This document shows positions 49,371 through 58,765 of a DNA stretch of 64,000 bases, in pieces. The position numbers and the translations under genes were made by a program. Source of the DNA: a virus. Location of the stretch: the IMG/VR virus record IMGVR_UViG_3300028588_000820, one strand, 5' to 3'. Position 1 is the first letter of the stretch, and each line of letters begins with the position of its first letter. The notes under the pieces were generated by a model. That model searched no databases. It saw nothing but the letters and a program-made list of their open reading frames with translations, and was not told the DNA's origin.

Positions 49371-51371
49371 ATGAACAAGAATCTTAAACCTGCAATCTCG
49401 AAGTCCGCTATGATGCTGCGGAACATGTATGACCTGTATGCGAAGATGCTTGCCGTCGAAAACATCCAGGTTGTCTTCGACGAAGCGATCGATGCTCCGG
49501 CGCAGTTCGACATTCTGAACCGAATTCTGTACATCGCGCCGGTTCATGCTACGCAGGTTGAATTGATTCCTGGCCTCGTGATTCATGAAGTCGGTCATGC
49601 TCTGTTCTCGACACTCACGCCAGAAGAACTGAAGAAGCTCAAGCGGATTTCGAAGTTGCTGAACATCATCGATGACGGCTATCAAGAACGAATGATGTGC
49701 AAGAAGTACGCGAACTCCAAGAAGCATTTGTTCACGATCTTCGACCACTTCTTCTTGCAGTTGAAGGAAGATGTTTATAACACGCCTAACAAGCTCGTAA
49801 ACATTGTCAACATCCTGAACTTCAACTGCAAGGGCTTTAAACATGGTCACTACAAAAAGTATCCATCGTATGTCCTTGAAGAGGACGTAAAGCTGCTTCA
49901 AGAGGCAGAGCAAATCGCTTTGCCAAAACTGATTGAACGCGATGAGTTCGCCAAGAAACTTGCACAAGCTTTGAAGAAGTACGGTGATATGGCCGAAGAT
50001 GGTACAGACTTGGATTCCGGGAAAGGAAAAGATTCTAAGTCTGGCCCGACTGACAAAGGCGAGCCAGATGACGCCGATGGTGAATCCGAAGATGGTGAAT
50101 CCGAAGATGGTGAATCCGAAGATGGCGAAAGTGGCGAGAGCGGCGATGATGCGGATGACGAGAGCGACCAGACTGGTGCTGGTGGCAATGGAGCTGCTGA
50201 AGACGATGTCGAAGAAATGCTCGAGAAGAACTCGGACAAGCTGAACGACCATCACAAGAAGTTTGAGCAAAACATGGGCGGCGCCGGGTCCTATGAATTG
50301 CCAACTGGCAAAGAGATTCTGGACTTCAGTCGCGTCATAGACATCTACGAGAAAGATAGTCAGGTTGACAGAGCCATAGCCAATGCCGGTGTGGACATTG
50401 CTGACAAGTATCGTCGTTGCCAGAAAGAGGCGAAACGTGTCGCGACCCAAATCTTCACGAAGTTCAATATGCGCCTTCAAGCGCAGAACTACGCGAACAC
50501 TCAGTTCAAGAAATCTGGTTCGCTTGATCCAGAACGCTGCGCTCTGTACCAAGTCTACGATGACGTCTTCGTCAAAGAAGCAATCGAGCCAAATCAAGTG
50601 AACAACGCTTACTCTGTGATCCTTGACTGGAGTGGTTCGATGAACAGTTCGGTCTATGCTCTGGTCCTCCGGATCATGGAGCTGACCTACTTCGCGAAGA
50701 TGGCCAACGTCGAAATCGAAGTTTGGATGTACACGACCAATGACGGAGCAGTCAGCTACAAGGGATGTCGTCGCAACATCGCTTTGACCAATTCGAAGAT
50801 GATCAAGGTCTTGAATACGAAGCAGCACAATCAGCTCGAGACCGAGACTCGACTGAAGCATCTCTGGTACATCACGCGCACCATCACGAACATGTCGCCA
50901 AAGCTTCAAGGTATTGACGGCTATACGTCGAGATATACCCTTAGCGGAACAAACATCCTTGAGGGCTTGATTCTTGGTCATTATGTTCTGTCTAAGATGG
51001 ACGCTGAGAAGAAGGCTTGCTTCTTGCTTACAGATGGCGATGACACGAGCGTGTTCAACGTTCTGTATCGTGCGGACGGCGGCCCATCCAAGAACTATGC
51101 CCCAGATGCGAAGATTTATTTGCATGGAATCAACGTGTCGCAGGCGTATAAGCGGAACCATGTGCGAGCATCGTCCTCAGCAGCGATAGCAGAGCTTTAC
51201 GCTGCGGCTGGTCAGAAAACTATTGGCATCGCATGGAATTGCCAGGGCGCCGCTATGGATGGCTATGCACACAATGTGATTCGTGTGTCTACCGGCGCGC
51301 AAGTGATTGAAGATGGCTACATCCATGCGCCGAATGTCTTCGTGGACGAAGTCGTCAAAAATTTGCTGTGA
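49371..51371 (+). CDS. CobT-like protein (HExxH domain, acidic linker, vWA)
   Basis: HEVGHA, DWSGSM, LTDG; next to CobS. Confidence 0.85.
   Translation: MNKNLKPAISKSAMMLRNMYDLYAKMLAVENIQVVFDEAIDAPAQFDILNRILYIAPVHATQVELIPGLVIHEVGHALFSTLTPEELKKLKRISKLLNIIDDGYQERMMCKKYANSKKHLFTIFDHFFLQLKEDVYNTPNKLVNIVNILNFNCKGFKHGHYKKYPSYVLEEDVKLLQEAEQIALPKLIERDEFAKKLAQALKKYGDMAEDGTDLDSGKGKDSKSGPTDKGEPDDADGESEDGESEDGESEDGESGESGDDADDESDQTGAGGNGAAEDDVEEMLEKNSDKLNDHHKKFEQNMGGAGSYELPTGKEILDFSRVIDIYEKDSQVDRAIANAGVDIADKYRRCQKEAKRVATQIFTKFNMRLQAQNYANTQFKKSGSLDPERCALYQVYDDVFVKEAIEPNQVNNAYSVILDWSGSMNSSVYALVLRIMELTYFAKMANVEIEVWMYTTNDGAVSYKGCRRNIALTNSKMIKVLNTKQHNQLETETRLKHLWYITRTITNMSPKLQGIDGYTSRYTLSGTNILEGLILGHYVLSKMDAEKKACFLLTDGDDTSVFNVLYRADGGPSKNYAPDAKIYLHGINVSQAYKRNHVRASSSAAIAELYAAAGQKTIGIAWNCQGAAMDGYAHNVIRVSTGAQVIEDGYIHAPNVFVDEVVKNLL
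50076..50125 (+). repeat. 15-bp tandem repeat x3.3 (DGESE)
   Basis: GATGGTGAATCCGAA repeated exactly. Confidence 0.9.
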
Positions 51372-51421
51372 TTAGATTTCATATGTTATAATTGTTCCAA
51401 TTGGAAATAGAGAGAACAAAA

Positions 51422-51871
51422 ATGTCTATCACAGATAACCGTAAAGCTCGACATGACTATCACATCGAAGATCGTGTCGAAGCCGGCATCATGCTTCAAG
51501 GCTGGGAGGTTAAGGCGATTCACGCCAAACAAATCTCGCTGCAAGAAGCGTACGTGATCAGCAAGAATGGTTCGTTGCATCTGTTGGGTGCAACTATCAC
51601 CCCGCTGATCCAGGCGTCCTCGCACATCGCTAAGGAACCTAGCCGTACTCGTCAGCTGCTCTTGCATAAGAAAGAAATCGAGAATCTGACCGAGAAGGTC
51701 AAGCGCGCTGGCTACACCCTGGTGCCACTCAACATGCATTACAAGGATGGCAAGATCAAGTTGGAAATCGGTCTCGCCAAAGGCAAGAAACAACACGACA
51801 AGCGTGATGCTCAACAAGAGCGTGACGTCAAGCGCGACATCGATCGCGCAATGAAAGGCCACTGTGAGTAA
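51422..51871 (+). CDS. smpB: SsrA-binding protein SmpB
   Basis: NRKARHDY, EAG..L.GWEVK, RTR.LLLHK.EI, GYTLVPL, AKGKKQHDKR. Confidence 0.96.
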   Translation: MSITDNRKARHDYHIEDRVEAGIMLQGWEVKAIHAKQISLQEAYVISKNGSLHLLGATITPLIQASSHIAKEPSRTRQLLLHKKEIENLTEKVKRAGYTLVPLNMHYKDGKIKLEIGLAKGKKQHDKRDAQQERDVKRDIDRAMKGHCE

Positions 51872-52133
51872 GAAATATGACGGCGATGGCGTCATCGTTA
51901 AGTACGACGGTGCGCCATACGACAGTGAGTACCACTATCTCGTTGATATCGGGTACTTCGGTAAGATCATCAACCTTCGCACTTATGCAAAGGAGCCACG
52001 TCCACTTACCATGAACGGCAAGCATGTGGTATCTCGCTGGGTTGCATGCGCGATGATCGATGTGATCAAAGAGCAGTTTCCTCATGAGAACTTCAACTAC
52101 CTCGTGATCGAAAATGAACCAAACATTCTTTGA
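51864..52133 (+). CDS. Hypothetical protein
   Basis: Overlapping GTG start. Confidence 0.5.
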   Translation: MSKKYDGDGVIVKYDGAPYDSEYHYLVDIGYFGKIINLRTYAKEPRPLTMNGKHVVSRWVACAMIDVIKEQFPHENFNYLVIENEPNIL

Positions 52134-52317
52134 ACATGCAATGAAGATCATTGACAACCTGACCGATGAAGAAATCTTCAACGGCTTGGTTAAAGCTGGC
52201 TTTGATCCAGACAGCATCACCATTCGCCAATATCCTGAAATGCCTGAGGGCTATGATCCTCAGGCCAAAGCACCACCGCAAACATTCCCGTTCCACGAAC
52301 CGCTGTTCTGCGGATAA
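52114..52317 (+). CDS. Hypothetical protein
   Basis: Packed ORF. Confidence 0.5.
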   Translation: MNQTFFEHAMKIIDNLTDEEIFNGLVKAGFDPDSITIRQYPEMPEGYDPQAKAPPQTFPFHEPLFCG

Positions 52318-52342
52318 CTTAAATTCCAAACACAAAAATAAT

Positions 52343-52657
52343 ATGGGTACTGTCAATATCAACGGCAAAATCTATCAGGGCAACAACATCGAAATCAACG
52401 GCAATAAGATCATCATCGACGGCGTCGAGCGGCGCGAAGATGTGAGCGGTGTCGTTGAAGTCCGTATCATGTCTGGTGAACCAGTCAATGTTTCAAGCGA
52501 CGCTTCGATTACTTGCAACAACGTGAAGGGCAATCTCTCCGCTGGCGGCAGTGTCAATTGCGATGATGTTGGTGGCAATGTGAGCGCTGGCGGCTCGGTC
52601 AATTGTGACAATATCGGCGGCAACGTAAGCGCTGGTGGTTCGGTGCGCTATGGCTGA
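52343..52657 (+). CDS. Beta-helix repeat protein
   Basis: GNVSAGGSVNCD repeats x3. Confidence 0.75.
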   Translation: MGTVNINGKIYQGNNIEINGNKIIIDGVERREDVSGVVEVRIMSGEPVNVSSDASITCNNVKGNLSAGGSVNCDDVGGNVSAGGSVNCDNIGGNVSAGGSVRYG

Positions 52658-52853
52658 TAAGCCAGAACCGTACAAGATGGAAGGCCACAATTTCGCCTAC
52701 GTGGTGCGCGGTACTGCCTATCGGTATTGCGTGACCTGCGGCCTAGTGGCCTTCAAGAACGAGCTGACGCGGTGGGCGATTGATAAAGGTTGCAACTACA
52801 AAGATCACCCAAGCTACAAGAACAAACTGTCCATCACCAATCCATTCCTATGA
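52650..52853 (+). CDS. Small zinc-binding protein
   Basis: H...CVTCGL...GC. Confidence 0.6.
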   Translation: MADKPEPYKMEGHNFAYVVRGTAYRYCVTCGLVAFKNELTRWAIDKGCNYKDHPSYKNKLSITNPFL

Positions 52854-53128
52854 ACAAAAAAATTACTGTGCTTGAAGTCAAGCAAGGTGACAAAATCAAG
52901 TATGTTGGGCCGTATGAATACGGTTATCGTCCTGAGCTTGTCGACTCGATCCTCGGCGCTGGCGACTTCACGAATAGCCCATCGGGAACATTCGGTCATC
53001 TCGGTGGTGCATTCCGTTTGCCAACCGATAAGGTATTTGCCTTCTCGGCCATTTCGGTCGACTCAATCGAAATGGTTGAAGTTGAGCTTACTGCGACCGA
53101 AGTATCTCGTAAATCAGTACGTCCGTAA
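52850..53128 (+). CDS. Hypothetical protein
   Basis: Coupled ORF. Confidence 0.55.
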   Translation: MNKKITVLEVKQGDKIKYVGPYEYGYRPELVDSILGAGDFTNSPSGTFGHLGGAFRLPTDKVFAFSAISVDSIEMVEVELTATEVSRKSVRP

Positions 53129-53275
53129 TGGACTATAAATAAAATTGGTGTATAATTCACCAACACGACTTTTAAAAGGAACTTTAAGTACTTTAATCAT
53201 TTTTCATAAAACAGAGTAATTCGCGATGTAATTCGTGTGTTACCTTTAACGCTAAACGTGAAAGGAGAGCTACGT

Positions 53276-53965
53276 ATGAAAACGACATTATTTTTGCTGT
53301 CAACTATTGTCACATTAATTCTGTCTTCGGTAACAGTCAATGAACTAAACATTCATGAGAAAGTTACGAAACACGGGACTGCGGTCATTGCCGCAAAAAC
53401 ACATATTAAAGGTGGAGACAAGAATGTTTTAATTCTTCCTCCGAATTTAACCGCAAAGCAGGCTGAAAACCTAACCTACGCATATCGTGTAGCAAAGGAA
53501 GATGGCCACAAACATCCAGAGTACTACCAAGGACTGATTTACCAAGAGTCCAAAGCAGGCGGTATGAAGGGCTATGCGGTTGCCGGTCAAGAGTTTGGTT
53601 TGAAACCCATGGAGCGATACTATGGAGTCCCGCAAATCAAGCTAGGCGCAACCAAAGATGTCCTTAAAAAGTATCCAGTCCTTGGGGCATTTAGGACCGA
53701 TGAGGAAATCATCGCCAAGCTTATCTACGATGATAAGTGGGCGATCCGAGTTGGAAGTAAATATTTTAAGATGGTCGGGGAGAGCCCAGTTGCCTACAAC
53801 AAAGGTCCTTCGGGAGCTAAAGGTGTCGACCCATCCACAAACGATTATGCGATCAAAGTCGCTAATCACGTAAGAACTGTAGTAAAATCTGTCAACGGCA
53901 GGAACATGTCTTCGCTGAAGCTGTTCAATGGTAAAGCCGACAAGCAGTTAGCATCAGCCCTCTGA
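53276..53965 (+). CDS. Lysozyme-like/lytic transglycosylase with N-terminal signal anchor
   Basis: QES, YGVPQI, AYNKGP; TATAAATA at 53134; AAGGAG SD. Confidence 0.75.
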   Translation: MKTTLFLLSTIVTLILSSVTVNELNIHEKVTKHGTAVIAAKTHIKGGDKNVLILPPNLTAKQAENLTYAYRVAKEDGHKHPEYYQGLIYQESKAGGMKGYAVAGQEFGLKPMERYYGVPQIKLGATKDVLKKYPVLGAFRTDEEIIAKLIYDDKWAIRVGSKYFKMVGESPVAYNKGPSGAKGVDPSTNDYAIKVANHVRTVVKSVNGRNMSSLKLFNGKADKQLASAL

Positions 53966-53968
53966 TGT

Positions 53969-53988
53969 AAGGGGACTTCGGTCCCCTT
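53969..53988 (+). terminator. UUCG hairpin terminator
   Basis: AAGGGGAC-TTCG-GTCCCCTT. Confidence 0.7.
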
Positions 53989-54016
53989 CATTCCTCTTCT
54001 CAAATCCCACAATATC

Positions 54017-54559
54017 ATGTCTAATCAAAAGCCACGCTTTGGCGTCTTTTTGGCGCTAACATTCGAAGACGAAATTTACAAGGACTACCCTCAAGTCTGT
54101 CCGACGATTCAAAATCACAAGTTCCAGAATCTCCTGATCACGCTACGTGAAGACGGCTACTTCGGTTTCCTTGGTGGTTCGGCCGATGAAGGCGAGACGG
54201 AACTCCAGGCATTGGTACGTGAGTGCAAGGAAGAAGGCAACATCGACCTGGCATGGTTGCTGTCTGTTTTGCCTCCAGACGCCCTGTCGCGTTCCTGCGA
54301 ACACACGCTCAACGATGGGTATAAGGTCATCTTGTACCATTTGCGAATCACCAAGCATCTGGCAAAGAACATCATTCGTAACTCGGTCAACGCGCCTCAC
54401 TTCTTTGTCGAGACCGCAGGCATTGTCAGCGTTGCAATCCACAACAAATCCTCGTTCCATCAAAACAAATTCTTGTCGTGCATGGGAGATGAATTCAAGG
54501 AAGTCGCGAAGCTGATCGACTCCACCATCCTCGACACATGGGGTAATCTAATCGAATGA
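54017..54559 (+). CDS. Nudix hydrolase
   Basis: GGSADEGETELQALVRECKEEGN. Confidence 0.85.
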   Translation: MSNQKPRFGVFLALTFEDEIYKDYPQVCPTIQNHKFQNLLITLREDGYFGFLGGSADEGETELQALVRECKEEGNIDLAWLLSVLPPDALSRSCEHTLNDGYKVILYHLRITKHLAKNIIRNSVNAPHFFVETAGIVSVAIHNKSSFHQNKFLSCMGDEFKEVAKLIDSTILDTWGNLIE

Positions 54560-55548
54560 ACATGAATACTGACATGGAAGCTCTTATCAAGCAAAGTGTC
54601 AGGTTCGAAGGTCGTTCAAAAGGTTGGGAGCATTGCAAATGCAAGGTTTGCAATGACTATAAGGTTCGTGCTTCATTCGCATTCGAAGACGACCGCATCA
54701 AGTACAACTGCTTCAACTGCGGTCTATCGCAGTCCTACAAACGAGGCAGCACCTTCATGGCGCAGGAGTTCAGAGACATCCTCCATGCGTACACCATCAC
54801 CGACAACGACATCGACCTGATCCTCGGTAAGAACTTCTTCAATAAGGACGTCATCACCCTGGCGAAGAAGAAGGCCGAAAGTAAGATCGCCGAAGTAGAA
54901 CTACCTCCCAATTGCTATCCGATCCCTGACGTCGATCCTGACGATATGTGGACAATCGTAGCAAAAGAATACCTCGAAGAACGAGGACTATCCCTACAAG
55001 ATCATACGTGGTATTTGTCGACACATTTAGAATATCGCGATCGGCTCGTCATTCCCTACTACAAGGACGGAAAGGTGATATATTGGCAGGCGAGGTCATT
55101 TGATGACAACGCCAAAAAGCGATACATCAACCCTAACGTCCCAATCGAACCTATTCTTTTCGGGTATGAGGAATTAGAAAAGTCCGCTCAACAACCGCTG
55201 TTCATTATGGAAGGTGTCTTTGACGCTATCTCCATTGGTGGTGTGAGTATGCTTGGCAGTAAACTGTACAAGCAGAGGATCGATGCCTTTACTCGTAGTC
55301 GTCGACGCAAAATCTTTGTGATCGACAAGAAGGATAAGCAAAACAACGGATACAAGTTAGGCGTTGACGCTTTGAAGAACGGATGGGAGATTACATTCGT
55401 ATCTGGCGCTGACACCAAGGACGTCAATCATAGTGTTAGTAAATACGGCAAGCTATGGACGATCCAGAATCTAATGGAAAACGCCTGTGGTGGATTTGAA
55501 GCTCAAGTAGCTTTAGAAACGATTTGCAAGAATCACGCCGTCAAGTAA
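54556..55548 (+). CDS. DNA primase (gp61-like)
   Basis: CKVC..CFNC zinc, IPY, YWQAR, EGVFDA Toprim. Confidence 0.9.
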   Translation: MNMNTDMEALIKQSVRFEGRSKGWEHCKCKVCNDYKVRASFAFEDDRIKYNCFNCGLSQSYKRGSTFMAQEFRDILHAYTITDNDIDLILGKNFFNKDVITLAKKKAESKIAEVELPPNCYPIPDVDPDDMWTIVAKEYLEERGLSLQDHTWYLSTHLEYRDRLVIPYYKDGKVIYWQARSFDDNAKKRYINPNVPIEPILFGYEELEKSAQQPLFIMEGVFDAISIGGVSMLGSKLYKQRIDAFTRSRRRKIFVIDKKDKQNNGYKLGVDALKNGWEITFVSGADTKDVNHSVSKYGKLWTIQNLMENACGGFEAQVALETICKNHAVK

Positions 55549-55571
55549 CACTACTATAACAAGAATAATAT

Positions 55572-56873
55572 ATGAATATTGAGAAGCAGCGTTTGCTGAT
55601 TTCTTATTTGTCTTCGGACAGCGATTTGTTTGCCCGCTGCAATGCAATCGTCGATCCGAACTATTTTGATCCAGAAGTTCGTCATTCAGTTCACTTCCTA
55701 AAGGAGTACTACGAAACCTATCGTGCGCTGCCATCTGCTGAGCAGATTAGCGCCGAGACTGGCAATCACTTCGCGGCACGTCCGCTGACAAAGACAGAAA
55801 TCGAGTATGGTCTACGTGAAGTAGAAACGTATTGCCGAAACAAGGCAATCGAAAAAGCAATCTTGGCATCACCTAAACTCCTTGATAAGGGTGACTTCGA
55901 CAAGATTCTGGTCAACATGAAAGATGCAATTTCAGTGGCCATCAACCGTGAATTGGGTTTGGATTACTTCGCCAATCCTGAGGAACGTCTAGCCAGAATG
56001 CTTCAAATGAATGCATTGATTCCAACTGGCTACAAGGAACTGGACGAATTCCTGAATGGTGGTATCTCTCGTAAAGAGTTGCTGCTGTTTATGGCAGGTT
56101 CAGGCGTTGGTAAGTCGATCTTTATGTCAAACATCGCCATCAACTTCCTGATGCAGAAGCTTAACGTGTGCTACATCACGCTAGAGCTAGCTGAAGAGGT
56201 CGTTGCAAAGCGTTTTGACACGATGATCACCGGTATCGGTCAAAAAGAAATCTTTGACAAGATGTCGAAAGTCCACGCAGAACTTGAGCAACTGCGCCCA
56301 CAAATGGGTAAGCTGTTTATCAAGCGTATGCCAGAGAGTACCACGAATGCTAACCACATTCGTGCATACCTCAAAGAGTTCGAGATGATCCATGGCTTCC
56401 TACCAGATGTCATCGTCGTCGACTACATGGACCTAATGACCTCGAATCAGAAAATCTCGGCCGAGAACCTATTCGTGAAAGACAAGTACGTTGCTGAAGA
56501 GCTACGTTCGATCGGCAACGAATACAATCTGCTGATGGTAAGTGCATCACAGATGAACCGTGCAGCAATTGGCGCAGATGACATCGACCAAAGTAATATC
56601 GCTGGTGGTCTATCGAAGATCAACACCTGCGACAACTTGATCGCTATTATCCAAACCGATGCAATGAAAGCAGCTGGCGAATACATGCTGAAGCTAGTCA
56701 AAACTCGTAACTCGGGTGGTGTTGGCAAAGTGATGATGTTACGCTGGAGCCCTGTTTCATTGCGTGTCACCGACCTTGACCATAGAGATAAGGACAAGAT
56801 CGAATTCGTACGAAGCGATGATGCTAAGAAGGGTAAGAAGAAAGACTTACTCGACCTAATGAAAGACGTTTAA
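55572..56873 (+). CDS. Replicative helicase (gp41/DnaB-like)
   Basis: AGSGVGKS, ITLEL, VVDYMD, ASQMNR, KTRN. Confidence 0.93.
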   Translation: MNIEKQRLLISYLSSDSDLFARCNAIVDPNYFDPEVRHSVHFLKEYYETYRALPSAEQISAETGNHFAARPLTKTEIEYGLREVETYCRNKAIEKAILASPKLLDKGDFDKILVNMKDAISVAINRELGLDYFANPEERLARMLQMNALIPTGYKELDEFLNGGISRKELLLFMAGSGVGKSIFMSNIAINFLMQKLNVCYITLELAEEVVAKRFDTMITGIGQKEIFDKMSKVHAELEQLRPQMGKLFIKRMPESTTNANHIRAYLKEFEMIHGFLPDVIVVDYMDLMTSNQKISAENLFVKDKYVAEELRSIGNEYNLLMVSASQMNRAAIGADDIDQSNIAGGLSKINTCDNLIAIIQTDAMKAAGEYMLKLVKTRNSGGVGKVMMLRWSPVSLRVTDLDHRDKDKIEFVRSDDAKKGKKKDLLDLMKDV

Positions 56874-56883
56874 GGATACCATA

Positions 56884-58749
56884 ATGGAAAATAATATTTT
56901 GAAGCTGGATGGCATGGAAAAGATCGAGTCGGACAAGGCAGTTTACCTGCCGTCGAAGAGCCGCCTCACTACCGAAAGCGAACTCGCCAAAGAGAAACGC
57001 AAATCGCCATTCGACTTCTTCAAACTGCCGAAGGATGCAACCATTCGGTTCCTGCCAGACAGCACCGGTCCGCTGACCACGTCAAGGGACTATCTTAGCC
57101 GGTATGTCGACGTCTACAGTATGTATAACATCGCTGAAGACTGCGTCATCACTCCGCTGGACATGAGTGGCTCAATGGCCAGCGCAGTCACCGAAACCGG
57201 CAGGGAAGCTGTTCGCAAAATCATGGATGATTACCTGAAACATGCGAAAGGTATGAAGTCTCTGTACTACACCCGTTCGTCCAAGCCGGTTGATCCGATT
57301 ATCACCATCGACTCGCTGAGCATGATCGTCGACTCGATGAAGACCTACCGCGAGGAAGAAGCGACCGATACGCTGCGCATGAAAATCCTGAAGGATCGTG
57401 ACCATCGCCAAGCTGAAGGCTGCTTCTACGCCCCGTACATCCCAGAAGGTCTTGGCAAGAACGAGTACAAAGTAGTGGAGCCGATCGGGTCGACCGACAC
57501 TCTGTCGAAGGAAGAATTCACGGCCGAGCCACGAGACCTGGCTCAAAACAATCTGTGCCAAGAAATCCATGATCACATGATCAACCTCGAGGTCAGCTTC
57601 GACTTTCCGCTGAAAGGTAAGAAAGTCAATCCTTTCATCTGGGACATGGACATCAACTGCTTGTACGATCGAGTCAGCCCCGTTTTCGACATTGAAAAGC
57701 CGCTGAATCCATGTAATGAAATCCCACTGGGCAAGCCGATGAACGGAGTAATGTTCGACAGTGATGTGGACCTGACGCAGAACGAAAATTGGAAGTCGTG
57801 GTTCGAGACGAACACCAACTGCAACTTCTTCGACGCCGAAACCACCTTCGTCCGGCTACCAACAACCATCACCACTGGCAACGACTACCTGGACATCTTG
57901 TTTGGCAATGGACTGAAGCCTGGATCGGTGACCTTAATCGCAGGTCAGGCAGGCCTCGGCAAATCGGCACTGGCTAAGAACGCAGCTGCTGGTCTGTCGG
58001 TGAATGGCACCGAGTTCCTGTACGTGACCGTTGAAGAATCTGCAGACAAAGTTATCGAACGCATTCAAGCTCTGAACAACCACAACGTCGATACGAACTA
58101 CAAAGTCGTTCGTGCTGGCGATTGGTGCCTCAATGGCCTGATCAACCTGATTCGTGAAGAGACTGAAGACCTGGCAAATCCACGCGTTGTGATCGTCGAC
58201 GGACTGGACTTCTTCAAAGATGCTGGTGCGCATATCCTGGGACGCCAACTGCGTACCCTCGCTATGGACCTCGATGTCGCAATCGTCGGCACCAATCAGC
58301 TGGCTCGTGCTAGTAAATACGACATCAAGCCGCTACTGCCAAGTGGTGACTATGGTCTGCTGGCTGAAGTCGATGCTGCGGTTGCAATCACTCGCAATGG
58401 TTGCGAAACTGAACTGTCGATCATGAAGAATCGTCACAGCCACACCAATGCCAAGTTCTTGTTCGATGCAGGTAGCAACCTGATCTGGGAGCCACTGAAG
58501 GTCGCTGCGGTGAATACCGAAGTGTTCGAATGCACCTTCCCGAAGCAAAGCGAAGGACGCGGTTCACGCGTTACCGAGTTGCCAGGAGGCAACGCAGAAG
58601 TGATGGAAATTGCTGACATCGAATTCTTCAAAGGTAAGCTTCTGACGAATCTGAAAATGCCAGTCTCGAAGAAAGTAACCTTCGCTGACCTGAAAGCAGC
58701 ATTCGCTCCAAAGGTCGAACCAGACTACCCAGTCGCCGACTGGCTCTAA
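56884..58749 (+). CDS. Second DnaB/RecA-fold ATPase with N-terminal motif-mosaic region
   Basis: C-half: TGNDYLD, GQAGLGKS, VTVEES, IVDGLD, TNQLAR, KNRH; N-half described in findings. Confidence 0.8.
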   Translation: MENNILKLDGMEKIESDKAVYLPSKSRLTTESELAKEKRKSPFDFFKLPKDATIRFLPDSTGPLTTSRDYLSRYVDVYSMYNIAEDCVITPLDMSGSMASAVTETGREAVRKIMDDYLKHAKGMKSLYYTRSSKPVDPIITIDSLSMIVDSMKTYREEEATDTLRMKILKDRDHRQAEGCFYAPYIPEGLGKNEYKVVEPIGSTDTLSKEEFTAEPRDLAQNNLCQEIHDHMINLEVSFDFPLKGKKVNPFIWDMDINCLYDRVSPVFDIEKPLNPCNEIPLGKPMNGVMFDSDVDLTQNENWKSWFETNTNCNFFDAETTFVRLPTTITTGNDYLDILFGNGLKPGSVTLIAGQAGLGKSALAKNAAAGLSVNGTEFLYVTVEESADKVIERIQALNNHNVDTNYKVVRAGDWCLNGLINLIREETEDLANPRVVIVDGLDFFKDAGAHILGRQLRTLAMDLDVAIVGTNQLARASKYDIKPLLPSGDYGLLAEVDAAVAITRNGCETELSIMKNRHSHTNAKFLFDAGSNLIWEPLKVAAVNTEVFECTFPKQSEGRGSRVTELPGGNAEVMEIADIEFFKGKLLTNLKMPVSKKVTFADLKAAFAPKVEPDYPVADWL

Positions 58750-58765
58750 TAATAACAAGGAAAAC

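Noticed and set aside
50076-50125. CRISPR-like repeat
   Set aside because: Contiguous in-frame coding repeat with no spacers; no CRISPR array was seen in the window, and the Cas4-like nuclease at 61756 has no cas neighbours.
49344-51161. 605-aa minus-strand ORF (also 14715-15821, 2067-3005, 48240-49073)
   Set aside because: Antisense shadows of well-supported + strand genes; no motifs or expression signals.
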